Shown here piece by piece: positions 39,388 to 53,331 of a DNA stretch of 64,000 bases. Source of the DNA: Antedon mediterranea (taxonomy: Eukaryota > Animalia > Echinodermata); assembly GCF_964355755.1 (NCBI RefSeq), contig NC_092670.1:2594201-2658200 (forward strand). Reading direction: 5' to 3'. The notes under the pieces were generated by a model that was not told where the DNA came from, made no database searches, and saw only the letters and a program-made list of their open reading frames with translations. Position numbers and translations under genes: made by a program. How positions within the stretch are numbered: the stretch's first letter is position 1; every line of letters begins with the position of its first letter.

Positions 39388-41497
39388 CAGTGGGACAGCC
39401 AGTCGACAAATCGTGTCAAATTTCGACTCGGAGAGGGCGCCCTACTTTTCTAATTTAGTTCAAAATTGCTAAATTTTAGGGTGTTGGAAAAACACAATAT
39501 TTGTAAATTTAGCTGATTATCGGAAAAATATTGTTAGTGAAATAAATTCATAAATGGTTTTAATATATTGTCATGTAAAATTAAATGTATTTGAACAAAA
39601 CGATAATCTGTAATTTAACGGCAAAATCAACCAATGTCTTTTTTCCGAAATTGTACCCTAGAAAATCGTTAAAATAAAATATTTAGAAAAATTGAACAGT
39701 CCTGAATTTAAAATCCCTGTTAGAAGAATTAATAATCTACAGAATACGATATTAAGATACAAAATTCGGTGGTTGGGATGCAGCTCCGACTATTCAAACT
39801 AAAGGTACCACTATTTGTTCCATCGAAAACTAGCGAAACCGCCATTTTGTAAACACATCATCATCGTGTTTATGAATTTATTTATAGCGAACGATATACG
39901 CGATGTTTATACTTGTCCGCGTATAAGAATTCATATAAATAAATACATTCCAATACAACGTACATTATTACTTGTTTATTTATCACAGTATACATTTTAG
40001 TTGAGGAATATTTATCATAACTATTATAATAGCTTTTATACGAGTTCGAGGCCTAGCCCTATTAGCGAGCGATTGTTCCAGGGGCGGAAAGTCACTTAGT
40101 GACGTTGTGATCGGGCGCGTCGGGCCTAGCTAATATTAATAATATGACCTGAAATAACCGGCTAACAAGAACTGTTATATACTTGCTTACAATTGTTTTG
40201 TTATTGATGAACAAACAAGCAATTAGATTGAATAACAAATTATTTATTCATTTTTTTTGGATAAAAACATGTACAAACTAGTACTCTATATAAATTAATA
40301 GTAATATTAAACTAATAGTATACAGTATTAATAAAATATAAAATAGGCCTAACATACAATAAATATTCAATTTTTAAGGTCTACCACATGACAATAACAT
40401 AATTTACAGAGTATAGTGTAGTAGGTTTGCATTCAACATAAATATTTGTATTGTAATTCATCTAAATACTCTGCAACATACATATATTTGTAATTCAACA
40501 TTTTGTTTTAAATAATTAAATTAATTATAGTTTGGGTATGACAATGTCGGTAGGTACCGGTGTCATCTTTTTATCCACTTCACTCTCAGTTTGAAGTCAC
40601 AAAGACAAAGAACTCTGCATCATCAACGATTCCTGAAAGTGTCAGAAAAAATAATAAATATTATTAAAAAAAAATTTTAATGTCAAATGGAAGCTGTATT
40701 TTATTAATTAATATTACAGTATTTGCTATTATTATTTATAATAATCTAGGCCTACTAGTAGCCTAGCTAGGCATCTATTGAGCCTAATAAATCAAATAAT
40801 AAATGAAAAATAAAATAATAATATTAATACTGATTGAAAAAAAGGATTTTTTGGGGATGGATCAGATCACCAGGCTAGGCCGGCCAGGACCAATGATACT
40901 CGTAATCAGTACAACTTAACGACTATCGGATCAGCATCAACACAGTACAACACACGTCTCGCTATCGCCTATACTGACACACGTGTCTCGCGTTGCCGAA
41001 ACCACGCTCACAGCTAGAACATGTACCTACCTTTCGAGGCCTGAGAATACACCAACAAATTTTGAACAGGATAGAAATATATCATACTCGATTAAACTAA
41101 TATTATTCTTGATAAAACAATTGATTATAATTTTTTTAATTTGTTGGGATGCACCTATTCAGAAAATGGACAACAAAACAGTAGTCAAATCGTACCACAT
41201 TTATAAATTTCACGAGTCCCGACTTCAGTCGCCGAATGTATTGTATTACTATTAGCTTCGGTTTCTTTGAAGGAAACCGATTGGTTATTCAATTATACTT
41301 ATTAGGAAATGCTTTTACCATAATAGGTAATGTTGGGCGGTTCTTAAATATTCATGAGAGCTTAAAATAAAACAGCACTTATTTGCTAGGCGACGAAAAA
41401 TCGTGGTTTCAGTTTTCAACGATAGGTGGCGCTTCAAAATCGTCAATGCGGAAGTAAGTCGATTTAACGGTCAAAACGCGAAGTGGCTTTCCCACTG
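39388..41497. mobile_element. Non-autonomous TIR element related to 24740-28466
   Basis: CAGTGGGACAGCCA...TGGCTTTCCCACTG; no TSD visible (probable flanking deletion); LINE sequence (IMQDPSHPLH) resumes after it. Confidence 0.65.
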
Positions 41498-41854
41498 TTG
41501 TTTGGTTTTCTGATATCAATGTAAACAGTAAAAGTCAAATGTTTAATAACATTCATACTTCAGAAATTTGACACAATTATGCAAGACCCATCACATCCAT
41601 TACATTCAGACATCATTATAAGTAGATCAGGAAGGGTTAGACTGACACAGGAAAAAATATCCACAAACCGTTTCAGATTTTCACCAATGTAATATCATAC
41701 AATTTATTTAACAAAAACTTTTCAAGATAGTCACTTGTATCATTTGTATTTATTTATATAGTTATCACATCGTATTATTTATTCTACTCAGGTACAAAAC
41801 ATTTCTCGAAATTGTTAACAATTTTGACAATAAAGTTATCTTGTATCTTGTAAA

Positions 41855-41986
41855 TATAAGATTTGACATCCCCGAGGGAATGATATTTTGTTCGATGGAA
41901 TATATTTTCCGAAGCGCTAATCGCAAAGTGAAATATACTCCATCGAACAAAATATCATTCCCAAGGGGTTGTAAAATCTTATATTT
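41855..41986. repeat. Imperfect hairpin inside a probable non-autonomous element
   Basis: AATATAAGATTT...GGGAATGATATTTTGTTCGATGGA vs TCCATCGAACAAAATATCATTCCC...AAATCTTATATT. Confidence 0.7.
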
Positions 41987-44536
41987 TTTACCGATATAAA
42001 AGGCGATATCTGTTATACATAGCCAACAACAAGTAGAACGATTTACGATCCTCAAAGCGGTAGTCATGTGATGCAGTTTCAACCAATCACGTTCACGTAT
42101 TTACATAAGCTATGTAATATATTATATGTATAATAATAATTTATGTATCCAAGAGCAATCATAGAGTTGCAACCTCCGCCAGGTGATAATGATCCTTTTT
42201 TATTTTTATAATTTCTTTTTACATATGGACTAAAATTGTTCAAATAATTTAATAAAAAGTGGTCCAAAATTGGGATCTTGGTCCTGATTGCCTCCAAATT
42301 GTGATGGAGTCTTCCTCACCACATCTATCTGTGCTTAAAATGTGGCAAAACTCGTCTTGTAGTTTTGATGTACGGCTTAACAATAAAAAGGGATCCTGGT
42401 CCGAATTAAATGGAGTCTTCCGTGACCACATATGTATTTGTGATTTAAATTCGCTAAAGATCCGTCTGATGTTGATGTTATCCTGTGGACAAACATAGCC
42501 ACACACACACGCATACCTCTCAGAGACAAATATAACCTCCTAGGTGGAAGTAATAATAAATATTACGTTTTGAATCATCTAGTAGATCACTCAATTTTGT
42601 TTGTTAACAACTGTTTGTTTATATAATATAAGGTTGATAAATATAGGAGAAATGAAATTAAATGGATTAGTTATTAACAAAAGTATAAAAACAAAATTCA
42701 GACTTTTTTCTATTTTCCTAAACAATTTATTAAAGCTGTGTATCATTAAATGTTTCAAGTACATATTCAATATTATTATTCATTTTTTCTTATACTCATT
42801 TAATACATGAAAAATGATATAGTGTTGGATTTTACAAACTACAAAATAAAATTATCCCTCTAACTCTCCCAAAACCATTCTCTGTCCTTTCCTCCCGGGA
42901 TCAGAACTACTGTATCTGGTTTTTGACTCCAAATATAAAAAATAATATTATACATTTAATATTATACATAAGACTCAGACTGACATTTATTTGATCATAA
43001 TTTACTTCCAATTAAGAAACTCACTTCACTTTATTATGTTTGTTATGATATTTTCAATTACTGTACCACTTTGTAAATCAGTGCACTAGTAATGAAAGTG
43101 CCTGCAGAATAAAGAAGGAATAAACTAGATTTAATTCGTCACTATGATGAATTATAGGTTATATGCATTGATTGAAATAAAGATAATTGATTTTTAAAAG
43201 ATATATTGATTGATTGATTTTTGTTAGAATCTTTAATTATTTATAAGCAAAAACATCCTCCAGTTACTAAATTTTACCCACCCCAATAAGGCAATATCAT
43301 TGTCATCGTAATACGCAAGAAAAAATTCTGAAATAATAAATTTTTCTACGATTTTGACCCAAAACTTTGATTTATGTGTAATTTTTTATAAAACAAATAA
43401 TAAAAATAATTAAAATTTTTTAAAATATTTTTATTTATTATACATATCTTCACCAATATCCAGAGGGAAATCCATATTATTCTTAGAGAAAAATTAGTTT
43501 TTTTCATTGAATTAAACATGACAAAAAAATTAACAAACAAATTCCGAAATGGCTATAATGACGTCACATGATGTCATTAATATGCAAATAAAGCTCTTTT
43601 TTTACTCCCAACCGTAGACCAACCTTTTTTCTCCCCTTCCCTCCCACACAAAAATAATTTCAAAATTATCTCATTTAGTTTTTTTTGTGCAATTTATTAT
43701 AATCACAGTTTTTTCTTAAATGAATATTGCGCATAGGTGGGACTAATGCTGCGCAGTGAAAGGGTTAAAGCTATCAAGTTCATAGCCTGCATTTGGCCTT
43801 GTGGACATTTTGTTTAACAAACGTATGGATGGAATCTAATGCTTGGTTCCACTAGAGACGCACCACAAGGAAATTTGACCAATCAAAAGCGATGGAAAAT
43901 TTGAACTGTCGCTTGTCATTGGTCAACTGGCTGGTTTTGCATCTACGTTCTTTATTACGTATCTAGTCGGAATCAAGTTTAAGCAATATGGTATAGCAAA
44001 ACTGTATGACATAACTTCAGAACTATTTACAAAAAAATATCTTTAATAAAAATTATTTTTTCAGGTGGGCAATATATCTTTAAAATGTACTTGTAAGGCA
44101 TGGTATAATTCTTCATTGATTGTTGTACATGCAGAATAAAAAGTAAGTAAATAAATAAATGTGTTTTACAGTGTACCGTATGCTTCATTTGTAATATTAC
44201 TCCCACGTTACTCATCGTTTCTCTACCATGTTGTTTATATTTTACATACATGACTTCCTGTTCAGCGGTGGTGAGTTTTAAACTAAAAGTTGACCAAGAA
44301 CGTTAATTTATTACCGCGACTGTGTACACTATTCGAAGCGCCGGCCCGAGGCCTGCAATTGCCGGCCCGAGCCCTACTCTAGAATAGAATTTTAAAAATT
44401 GCACCGACTTGAGGCTGGCTCGGTTATTCCCAGAGTGTTTACACTTGTATACTGTTGGAGCCGGCCTCTGGCTCGCTAATACCTAAAGTGTAAATGTGGT
44501 CTTAGGCATGGTGGGTACTAGCAACTTACTAACACA

Positions 44537-47500
44537 CTAGTTCAACTCAGGAATTCTAAGAACGTATCGGTTTCTATTCTATTCAGTCTTTTTCTAGCCT
44601 AGAATAACGGCTTGAAACGTATCTCTTAATTTCTATTATAGGGAACACCCTAAAATATCGATTTTCAACGAATCCTTGATAGCAAAGCCTGTACTAATTC
44701 ACATATTTCACTAGCGTGATAACAGAGTGCAACACTTATAGCTTTATTATCTTTGTTTCTTAGTAGTTCAACTGAGGAATTCTAAGAACGTATCGGTTTT
44801 TATTCTAGTTAGTCTTTTTGTAGCCTAGAATAACGGCTTGAAACGTATCTCTTAATTTCTATTTTATGGAACACCCTAAAATATCGATTTTCAACGAATC
44901 ACCGATAGCAAAGCCTATCCTAATTCACTAGCGTGATAACAGAGTACGACACTTAGCTTTTTTATCATTGTTTTCTTAGTAGTTCAACTCAACTAAGAAC
45001 GTATCGGTTTCTATTCTAGTTATTTATTTATTTGTTCTTTCTTTAAACTGAAATACACTTTCAATACAAATGTATTTCCAAAGTGGTTCAGTAAACATAT
45101 TTACAACAATAATAAAATATAAAAAAAAAAAAAAAAAAAAACTATTTACAATTGTGAAGGCAAAAAGGTTAATACATATGTTTTCTATAGTGAAGATTTA
45201 AAAGTTGCCAAAGACATAATATGGAGTTCTGATTTTATGTTATTTGGTAGAGAATTCCATAGTTTAGTTGATCTATAAACAAAAGTTCTTTTACCCTGAG
45301 AGTTAGTTAGTCTTTTTCTAGCCTAGAATAACGGCTTGAAATGTATCTCTTAATTTCTATTTTAAGGAACACCCTCAAATATCGATTTTCAACGAATCAC
45401 TGATAGCAAAGCCTGTCATATTTACAACAAAAATAAAATATAAAAGAAAACAAAAAGAAAGAAAACAGATATAAAACTATTTACAATTTTGAAGGCAAAA
45501 AGGTTAATACATATGTTTTCTATAATGAAGATTTAAAAGTTGCCAAAGACATATTATGGAGTTCTGATTTTATGTTATTTGGTAGAGAATTCCATAGTTT
45601 AGTTGATCTATAAACAAAAGTTCTTTTACCCTGAGAGTTAGTTAGTCTTTTTCTAGCCTAGAATAACGGCTTGAAGCGTATCTCTTACTTTTTACTTTAG
45701 GGAACATCCTAAAATATCGATTTTCAACGAATCACTGATAGCAAAGCCTGTACTAATTCACGTATTTCACTAGCGTGATAACAGAGTGCAACACTTAGCT
45801 TTGTTATCTTAATTTTCTTAGTAGTTCAACTCAGGAATTCTAGGAACGCATCAGTTTCTATTCTATTCAGTCTTTTTCTAGCCTAGAATAACGGCTTCAA
45901 ACGTCTTAATTTTTACTTTAGGGAACATCCTAAAATATCGATTTTCAACGAATCACTGATAGCAAAGCCTGTACTAATTCATGTATTTCACTAGCGTGAT
46001 AACAGAGTACAACACTTAGCTTTGTTATCTTTATTTTTTTAGTAGTTCAACTGAGGAATTCTAGGAACGCATCAGTTTCTATTCTAGTCAGTCTTTTTCT
46101 AACCTAGAATAACGGCTTCAAACGTCTTAATTTTTACTTTAGGGAACATCCTAAAATATCGATTTTCAACGAATCACTGATAGCAAAGCCTGTACTAATT
46201 CACATATTTCACTAGCGTGATAACAGAGTACGACACTTAGCTTTGTTATCTTAATTTTCTTAGTAGTTCAACTCAGGAATTCTAGGAACGCATCAGTTTC
46301 TATTCTATTCAGTCTTTTTCTAGCCTAGAATAACGGCTTGAAACGTATCTCCTAATTTCTATTGTAGGGAACACCCTCAAATATCGATTTTCAACGAATC
46401 ACTGATAGCAAAGCCTGTACTAATTCACATATTTCACTAGCGTGATAACAGAGTACGACACTTAACTTTGTTATCTTTGTTTTTTTAGTAGTTCCACTGA
46501 GGAATTCTAGGAACGTATCGGTTTCTATTCTATTCAGTCTTTTTCTAGCCTAGAATAACGGCTTGAAACGTATCTCTTAATTTTTACTTTAAGGAACACT
46601 CTAAAATATCGATTTTCAACGAATCACTGATAGCAAAGCCTGTACTAATTCACGTATTTCTCTGGCGTGATAACAGAGTACGACACTTAGCTTTGTTATC
46701 TTTGTTTTCTTAGTAGTTCCACAGAGGAATTCTAGGAACTTATCGGTTTCTATTCTATTCAGTCTTTTTCTAGCCTAGAATAACGGCTTGATTTGATTTG
46801 ATTTGATTTATTTCGGCATCAGTACATAAAAAATCACAGACATACAATTAAAATTGGCAAATATAAAAAAACCAATATAATAACAAGGATGCCAAGGATA
46901 ACTCATAAAAGTCCTCTACGGACTTGTTTCCAATGAGGTCCTTTGAAAAAACAGCAAAAAAGACAAACAAAGCAACATAATAAAAATTACAAAAAACAGC
47001 AAAAAGGACAATCGAAAAAAGAAGAAGCGCTAATTAAATAGTTTCTAGAGCTAGTGAACGTTCCTGTAGATACTTTTTAACTTTACTTTTAAAACAACAA
47101 ACAGTTTGTGATTCCTTAATGTTAATTGGTAAATTATTCCATTCTTTAATAGCATTGTAAAAAAAGGTCACATGTGCCATTGGCTTGATAGTTGGGATTC
47201 TAAAATTAAAATTGCATCCCCTAGTATTGTAATTATGACTGTCTGAAATTCTAATAAAACGATTGCATAAATAAGGTGGACAACAATGATTAAATATTTT
47301 AAAAACATGACAGACTCTAAGAAATTCGACACGGTCTTGGACTTTTAACATACCAACGTCGTTTAGCTGAGATTGACCAACATCAGATCGGGGACCTAAC
47401 TTTTTTATAAAACGAACCATTTTGTTTTGAGTCGTTTGTAATTTTGATTTTAAATTTTTATTTACCGTAGAAGACCATGAGCAAACCGAATAATCGAACA

Positions 47501-48960
47501 TCGGTTGGATTAAAGCAAAACTAAGAATTTTGCGACAATGCGAATTAAGAAATGATGATTGTCGGTACAGAAATTTCAGTCTGCCGTTTGCTTTGTTTAT
47601 AACAGAGCGGGCAATGACGTCACCTGATACATTTTGGTCAATCTCAATACCTAGATATTTGATAGATTTTGATCCATTTATAGTCGTTCCAAAGCAATCA
47701 ATATAGAATTCGTTTACTTTGCTTAATCTACGTTTAGAACCAAACAGGATGCATTCGGTCTTACCCATATGAAGCGAAAGTTGATTGTCGATCAGCCAAT
47801 TATTGCATGATACGAGATTGTTTTGGAGTTTAGATTGGATTGCGATTGGATCTTTATGGGAGTAAAAAATTGCACAATCGTCAGCGTACAAAACAACTTT
47901 ACAATCACTTTCGATACTAGATGGTAGGTCATTCACGTCAATAAGAAACAAGAGAGGCTTGAAACGTATCTCTTAATTTCTATTTTAGGGAACACCCTAA
48001 AATATCGATTTTCAACGAATCACCGATAGCAAAGCCTATCCTAATTCACTAGCGTGATAACAGAGTACGACACTTAGCTTTTTTATCATTGTTTTCTTAG
48101 TAGTTCAACTCAACTAAGAACGTATCGGTTTCTATTCTAGTTATTTATTTATTTGTTCTTTCTTTAAACTGAAATACACTTTCAATACAAATGTATTTCC
48201 AAAGTGGTTCAGTAAACATATTTACAACAATAATAAAATATAAAAGAAAAAAAAAAAAAAACTATTTACAATTGTGAAGGCAAAAAGGTTAATACATATA
48301 TGTTTTCTATAGTGAAGATTTAAAAGATGCAAAAGGCATATTATGGAGTTCTGATTTTATGTTATTTGGTAGAGAATTCCATAGTTTAGTTGATCTATAC
48401 ACAAAAGTTCTTTTACCCTGAGAGTTAGTTAGTCTTTTTCTAGCCTAGAATAACAGCTTGAAATGTACAGTATCTCTTAATTTCTATTTTAAGGAACACC
48501 CTAAAATATCGATTTTCAACGAATCACTGATAGCAAAGCCTGTCATATTTACAACAAAAATAAAATATAAAAGAAAAACAAAAAGAAAGAAAACAGATAT
48601 AAAACTATTTACAATTGTGAAGGCAAAAAGGTTAATACATATGTTTTCTATAGTGAAGATTTAAAAGTTGCCAAAGACATATTATGGAGTTCTGATTTTA
48701 TGTTATTTGGTAGAGAATTCCATAGTTTAGTTGATCTATAAACAAAAGTTCTTTTACCCTGAGAGTTAGTTAGTCTTTTTCTAGCCTAGAATAACGGCTT
48801 GAAACGTATCTTCTAATTTCTATTGTAGGGAACACCCTCAAATATCGATTTTCAACGAATCACTGATAGCAAAGCCTGTACTAATTCACATATTTCACTA
48901 GCGTGATACAGAGTACGACACTTAGCTTTGTTATCTTATTTTTTTTCCACTCAGGAATTC
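44537..48960. repeat. ~225-bp satellite-like tandem array interrupted by LINE fragments
   Basis: GAATAACGGCTT anchor at ~44601, 44828, 45326, 45661, 45886, 46107, 46328, 46553, 46778; array resumes at 47956. Confidence 0.92.
46792..47955 (-). mobile_element. 5'-truncated CR1/L2-clade LINE (RT C-terminal half, ORF 47034-47951)
   Basis: LYADD, KYLGIEID and WNNLP motifs in an open 305-aa frame; (CAAAT)n tail; TSD GGCTTGA. Confidence 0.9.
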
Positions 48961-49155
48961 TTCAGTTTGTTTCTAGTTGTTGACGTACACACACAGCAGT
49001 GTTAAAAGAAATGATGACAATCTGAGGTAGGTGTGTCTCATTAGAGTGCAATGTTGAATGAACTATACCCTAATATTGGGGTTGATATGGTTATTTATGT
49101 TAAAATTCTTGTAATATTTTCCGTTCTTCGGGGAGAGAGGGGCTATCCAGGTAAG

Positions 49156-49348
49156 CAGTGGCATAATGCAGAGGGCTGAGGCCCCTGGTTTAGGAAACCT
49201 AAGTGGTCCTCGGCCAAGTTCCAATGCTGGAGGCCTTGGACGTTTTAAGCCTTTTTGGAATATTTTAATGCCCATTTTTCCTCTGGGCCCCATAAGCTCC
49301 AGGGACCCTGGGTTTACCCAGTGAGCACTCATAGCCATTACGCCACTG
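49156..49348. mobile_element. hAT-like MITE
   Basis: TIR CAGTGGCATAATG/CATTACGCCACTG; 8-bp TSD CAGGTAAG. Confidence 0.85.
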
Positions 49349-49398
49349 CAGGTAAGTTGCACTCAACACCACAGTTGATTTGTGTAGTCTAACTAGGG

Positions 49399-52300
49399 TC
49401 ATTGAGGGAATAGAAATAAATTATCTAAACTCGTCAATGCATTAACTTCATTAATCATTTTCTTTTCATCAAGTTTCTTAAATTCTGAATTCTTGAATTC
49501 ATTCATCTTGTCTCCTACTCTTGAACTTGAGCTCGCTGATAGCCATTTTCTAAGATTTCCTTGGGCATGTTCGTTACACCATTCAGATACTGTTAACAAT
49601 CCATGTTGATATTTCTACAAGAAAGTAAATACAAATTGCTATGTTTTTGGTTTTATATATATAAATTTATATAAATTTGAAAAATATAAGAAATAGAAAA
49701 AAGTTTTTATTAAAATACCATAATAATAATTCAATTTTTTAATTCAATAATTCAATTTTTTAATTCAATAATTTAATTTCGCCATGATATTCATTGCTGG
49801 CCTAGGTACTTTCACTGCCTGGAGGAGGCGTAGAATCTAAGACCACAGCGTTGATAGTCTTAGGCTTAGAATTAAACGCAACTGATTCGCAACAAGTTTA
49901 TTGTTAAATTTTTACTCATGTTTTATGGCGTTCTCTTTCTGTTTTATAATTTGTTACCTTTTGTATTGTTACATATTTTTATATAAACGAGCAATGAATT
50001 TCCGAAAGGATTAGTAAAAGATTTGAATTTTTATTAAGCCAGTGGTTTCATCTTGGGCTTAAGTCTAGGCTTACGACCTTTATTACAATCTGCCTCTCGT
50101 ATTTTCACCCATGAGTTAGATGTATATATACCATACTGTAAATAGAAAATGCCTCAATACAATCGAATAAGAACTGTAACTCACAATTAATAATATTAAT
50201 GTGAACTAGGAATTACAATTCTGCAATATTAGGACCCCCAACTCTATTGAAATAAAACATACTTTCTGCATTGCTTAATGGTCCAGCTTCACTTTTTGAT
50301 CGTTTACCTAAAAAGAAAGTATTTTAGGACAGTAATTACAATATCCATGTTGATGAATACTATTACTATATAACATTTTATTTAAACTTCCAAGAGACAT
50401 TTTGAATTAATCAACAACATAAAATATTAAGCTTTAACTTGTTATTTTGTGTTACTTTTTGGCAACTTTATACAACCAAACTACAATACAAGTTGCAAAA
50501 TGACATTGAAATCATTCACTAAAGTACCACGTCAGAACATAAGTCAAACTGCACCTGATTAAACTTTAGTTATATAGCAGTTTAATAAGTTAAATTTGAC
50601 TACTATACAGTAATATTTATTTAGGTAGCCATGCTTTAAAATAAAAAATAACAATGACAGAAAATTTGTTCAAATAGAATCATCATGGCACTAAAGAAAA
50701 GAAAAAAAAGACATACCTTTTGGAGAACTTGATGGTTCAGCTTTTCTTTTTGATCGTTTACCTGTAAAGAAAGTAGTTTTAAACAGTAGTTCTCAAATTA
50801 ATATAATTAAAAATTGTTTTTTCCTATAGACCTATCTCAAGTGTGATATACTGTAAAACTTTTTTTTTTCTTCTTTCTAATCTGTGGAAATACTATATTT
50901 ATTTTTCTAATGTACATGATCCCAAAGATGTTTGTGCACTATAATTATTGATCAGTAAGAAGCAAATGTCATAAAATATTAAAGACATTTTTTTCTTTAA
51001 TTTTGGACGTTTTGTTAGAATAATGCGTAATGTATTACTTCAAAAATATTAAACCAGATCATTTCTTGTCTTAAATGTATGTGATTCGGTTAATTATGAT
51101 GAAAAGAAAAAAAACAATGCACTTAAGCTAAGTAGCTAGGGGGAACAGACGATCGGGACCACGGACGATTGGGCCCAAGACAATCGTGCCCACATTTTGC
51201 GGTCCCGAACGTCTTATGCGTTGGGCCCGATAGTCTTACCGGTTGGTCCCGATCGTCTTAGCGTTGGGCCCGATAGTCTTACCAGTTGGTCCCGATCGTC
51301 TTAGCATTAGGCCCGATAGTCTTTTGTGTTATATAAAATAATGTGCCACATTTCACTCCTAGTGCTTTTCTTGCGTAAATTAGATTTTAATTAAAAAGGT
51401 TAATTAGATTTTTCTGATTTTATCATAATTTTCCCCTAATTAACACTACTGGTTTTAAGAATTTCTTACCAAATATTTATGATAAATGTGATTGATTGTG
51501 ATAATATTATTGTGTTGTATGTAGGCCTAGGCTAGGCCTATTCCCGTATTTAATTTTTGCTCTATACAGTGTGATATAACTTGACTTCACTCTCGCGACA
51601 AAATTAATAGAACATGTGTGAAACCTAATTTGATAATGTACATATTTTCATATTTTTCTGACTTTAAATCAAATAATTATTTTTTTCTAATTTTTGAGAA
51701 TGTTTTGGGCCTGATCGTCTTATTCATTGGGCCCGATCGTCTGGGCCCGATCGTCTCTGGTCCCGATCGTCTTTCACCCTTGATGGGCCCGATCGTCTTC
51801 CACCCTTGATGGGCCCGATCGTCTTTCACCCTTGATGGGGCCGATCGTTTCACGATTTGGGCCCGATCGTCTTGATGTGGGCCTGATCGTCTGGGCCCAA
51901 TCGTCTGATAACCGTAGCTAGCGTCAAGTGCCCTCTCTTGGGCTAGTCTATTTAGATTCAAGAAGATTCAAGAAATTTTATTTGTCCATAAAAATGGAAA
52001 TTCACTTTGCTAGGTAGATTATTTAAAAACGTGCAGTATTATAACAGATTAAAAATACAAGATAAAAAGTAAAAAATACTGTTAAAAATGTAAAACTATT
52101 AAAATTGCATTAACGTCTTACATTAGAATTAAAAATATGAATGCTATTTACAACGAAGGATTTTCTAGTTCTACAAAGATTTGCTCTTGGAGGTCGTAGC
52201 CTAATGCCTGATCTATTTAAGTTATAACAGTAATGTAACGGATGAGTGGGGTCTTTCATAATATTGTTTACTTTTTTTAGAATACTCTTTTCATAGATAA

Positions 52301-52818
52301 ATGAACAAGGCGTTAGATCAGCTTTTAGGCATGGTTTTGTAGGCCTAGCTGGTAAACAGCGGTATGAACATTGTACGCTAGCTATAGGCCTATGCTGGCC
52401 TTGTCTCCTTGCTGAATTAATTGTCTTCCGTTTGGAAATTGGAAAAAACCCTGTATTTTCGCTGAAAAGCTACAGTTCTTTGGTGCACCAAAGAACGAAA
52501 ATGTCAATCCGTGCACGATGCATGCTAGTATTTATAGCACGCTGCTTAAATTATTAGAATCGACTTTTATTTCACATTTTTACCATTTAAAGGTGAAAAT
52601 ATTGTCACAATAGGCCTATAGTATTTATTTTTACATAAAATGCAGTTTGTGACTTTCAATTAGATCGAAATAACATATACCAATGCCATTATATTAAATA
52701 CAATATAATAAAAGTGAATTTGTGATTGCAATAACAGAATATTCACTTTTTGCAAAAAAAGAAACAAACATACTTTCTGTATTGCTTGATGATCCAGCTT
52801 CACTTCTTGATCGTTTAC
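49399..52818 (-). CDS. Gene or pseudogene fragment: three paralogous 45-nt microexons plus an exon with a death-effector-domain-like pattern
   Basis: Minus-strand AG/GT-bounded exons 52774-52818, 50717-50761, 50263-50307, and acceptor-led ORF 49399-49614 (KYQHGLLTVSEWC...FKKLDEKKMINEVNALTSLDNLF). Phases are not fully consistent; DED call is by eye. Confidence 0.5.
51140..51913. mobile_element. MULE-like non-autonomous element with subterminal GGGCCCGATCGTCT repeats
   Basis: GG termini; TIR core CAGACGAT(C/T)GGG; 8-bp TSD GTAGCTAG. Confidence 0.75.
51960..52320 (-). mobile_element. Rex1/Babar-like LINE 3' end
   Basis: Minus strand reads MKDPTHPLHYCYNLNRSGIRLRPPRA...RTRKSF; (TTGAATC)-type tail. 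Confidence 0.65.
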
Positions 52819-52959
52819 CTAAAAAGAAAGTATTTTAGGACAGTAATTACGATATCCATGTTGGTGAATACTATTAATTAATATAATTTTTCCCTGCAGA
52901 CCAAATTACTACCGAATCACTGAAATTATATGGATGACCAACAAAAAGATATTTCTAGT

Positions 52960-53331
52960 AGAGAGTCATAGACTTTTGAAAGTTCTCGGCCCCCGTCTCT
53001 GTTTAAGGTTGGACTGGATTCTCTCTTAAAGTATAAATAGCCTCCCATATTTTCCTGGGAATTAATTTGTCCTCTCGGAATAAAACCTTGACGTTAGATT
53101 TATCAAGTTCGTGGCCTGTGATTTTAAAGTGTTCAGCAATGGCAGACTGATTGGAGGGGGTTATTGCAATATGTTCTTCGATGCGTTCCCTCAAAGTCCT
53201 CTTTGTTTCACCTACGTAAACTTTGTCACTGCCTTTACAAGGAAGACGATAAACTACTCCTGATTTGTCCTCAATGGATACTTTGTCCTTGGGAGCGACA
53301 AGAATTTGACAAAGTGTCTGATGTGGTTTAA
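52960..53331 (-). mobile_element. Penelope-like element, GIY-YIG endonuclease part
   Basis: FKPHQTLCQILVAPKDK...GVVYRLPCKG...YVGETKRTLRERIEEH...SAIAEH. Confidence 0.9.

Noticed and set aside
43740-43768. piggyBac-like end (GTGAAAGGG-TTAA)
   Set aside because: No matching left end found.
51140-51913. CRISPR-like short repeats with variable spacers
   Set aside because: Spacers are very short and themselves repeated; these are subterminal repeats of a TIR/TSD-bounded element.
50263-52818. Neuropeptide precursor (KR/GKR repeats)
   Set aside because: Only one junction gives GKR, the peptides share no conserved C-terminal motif, and no signal peptide is visible.
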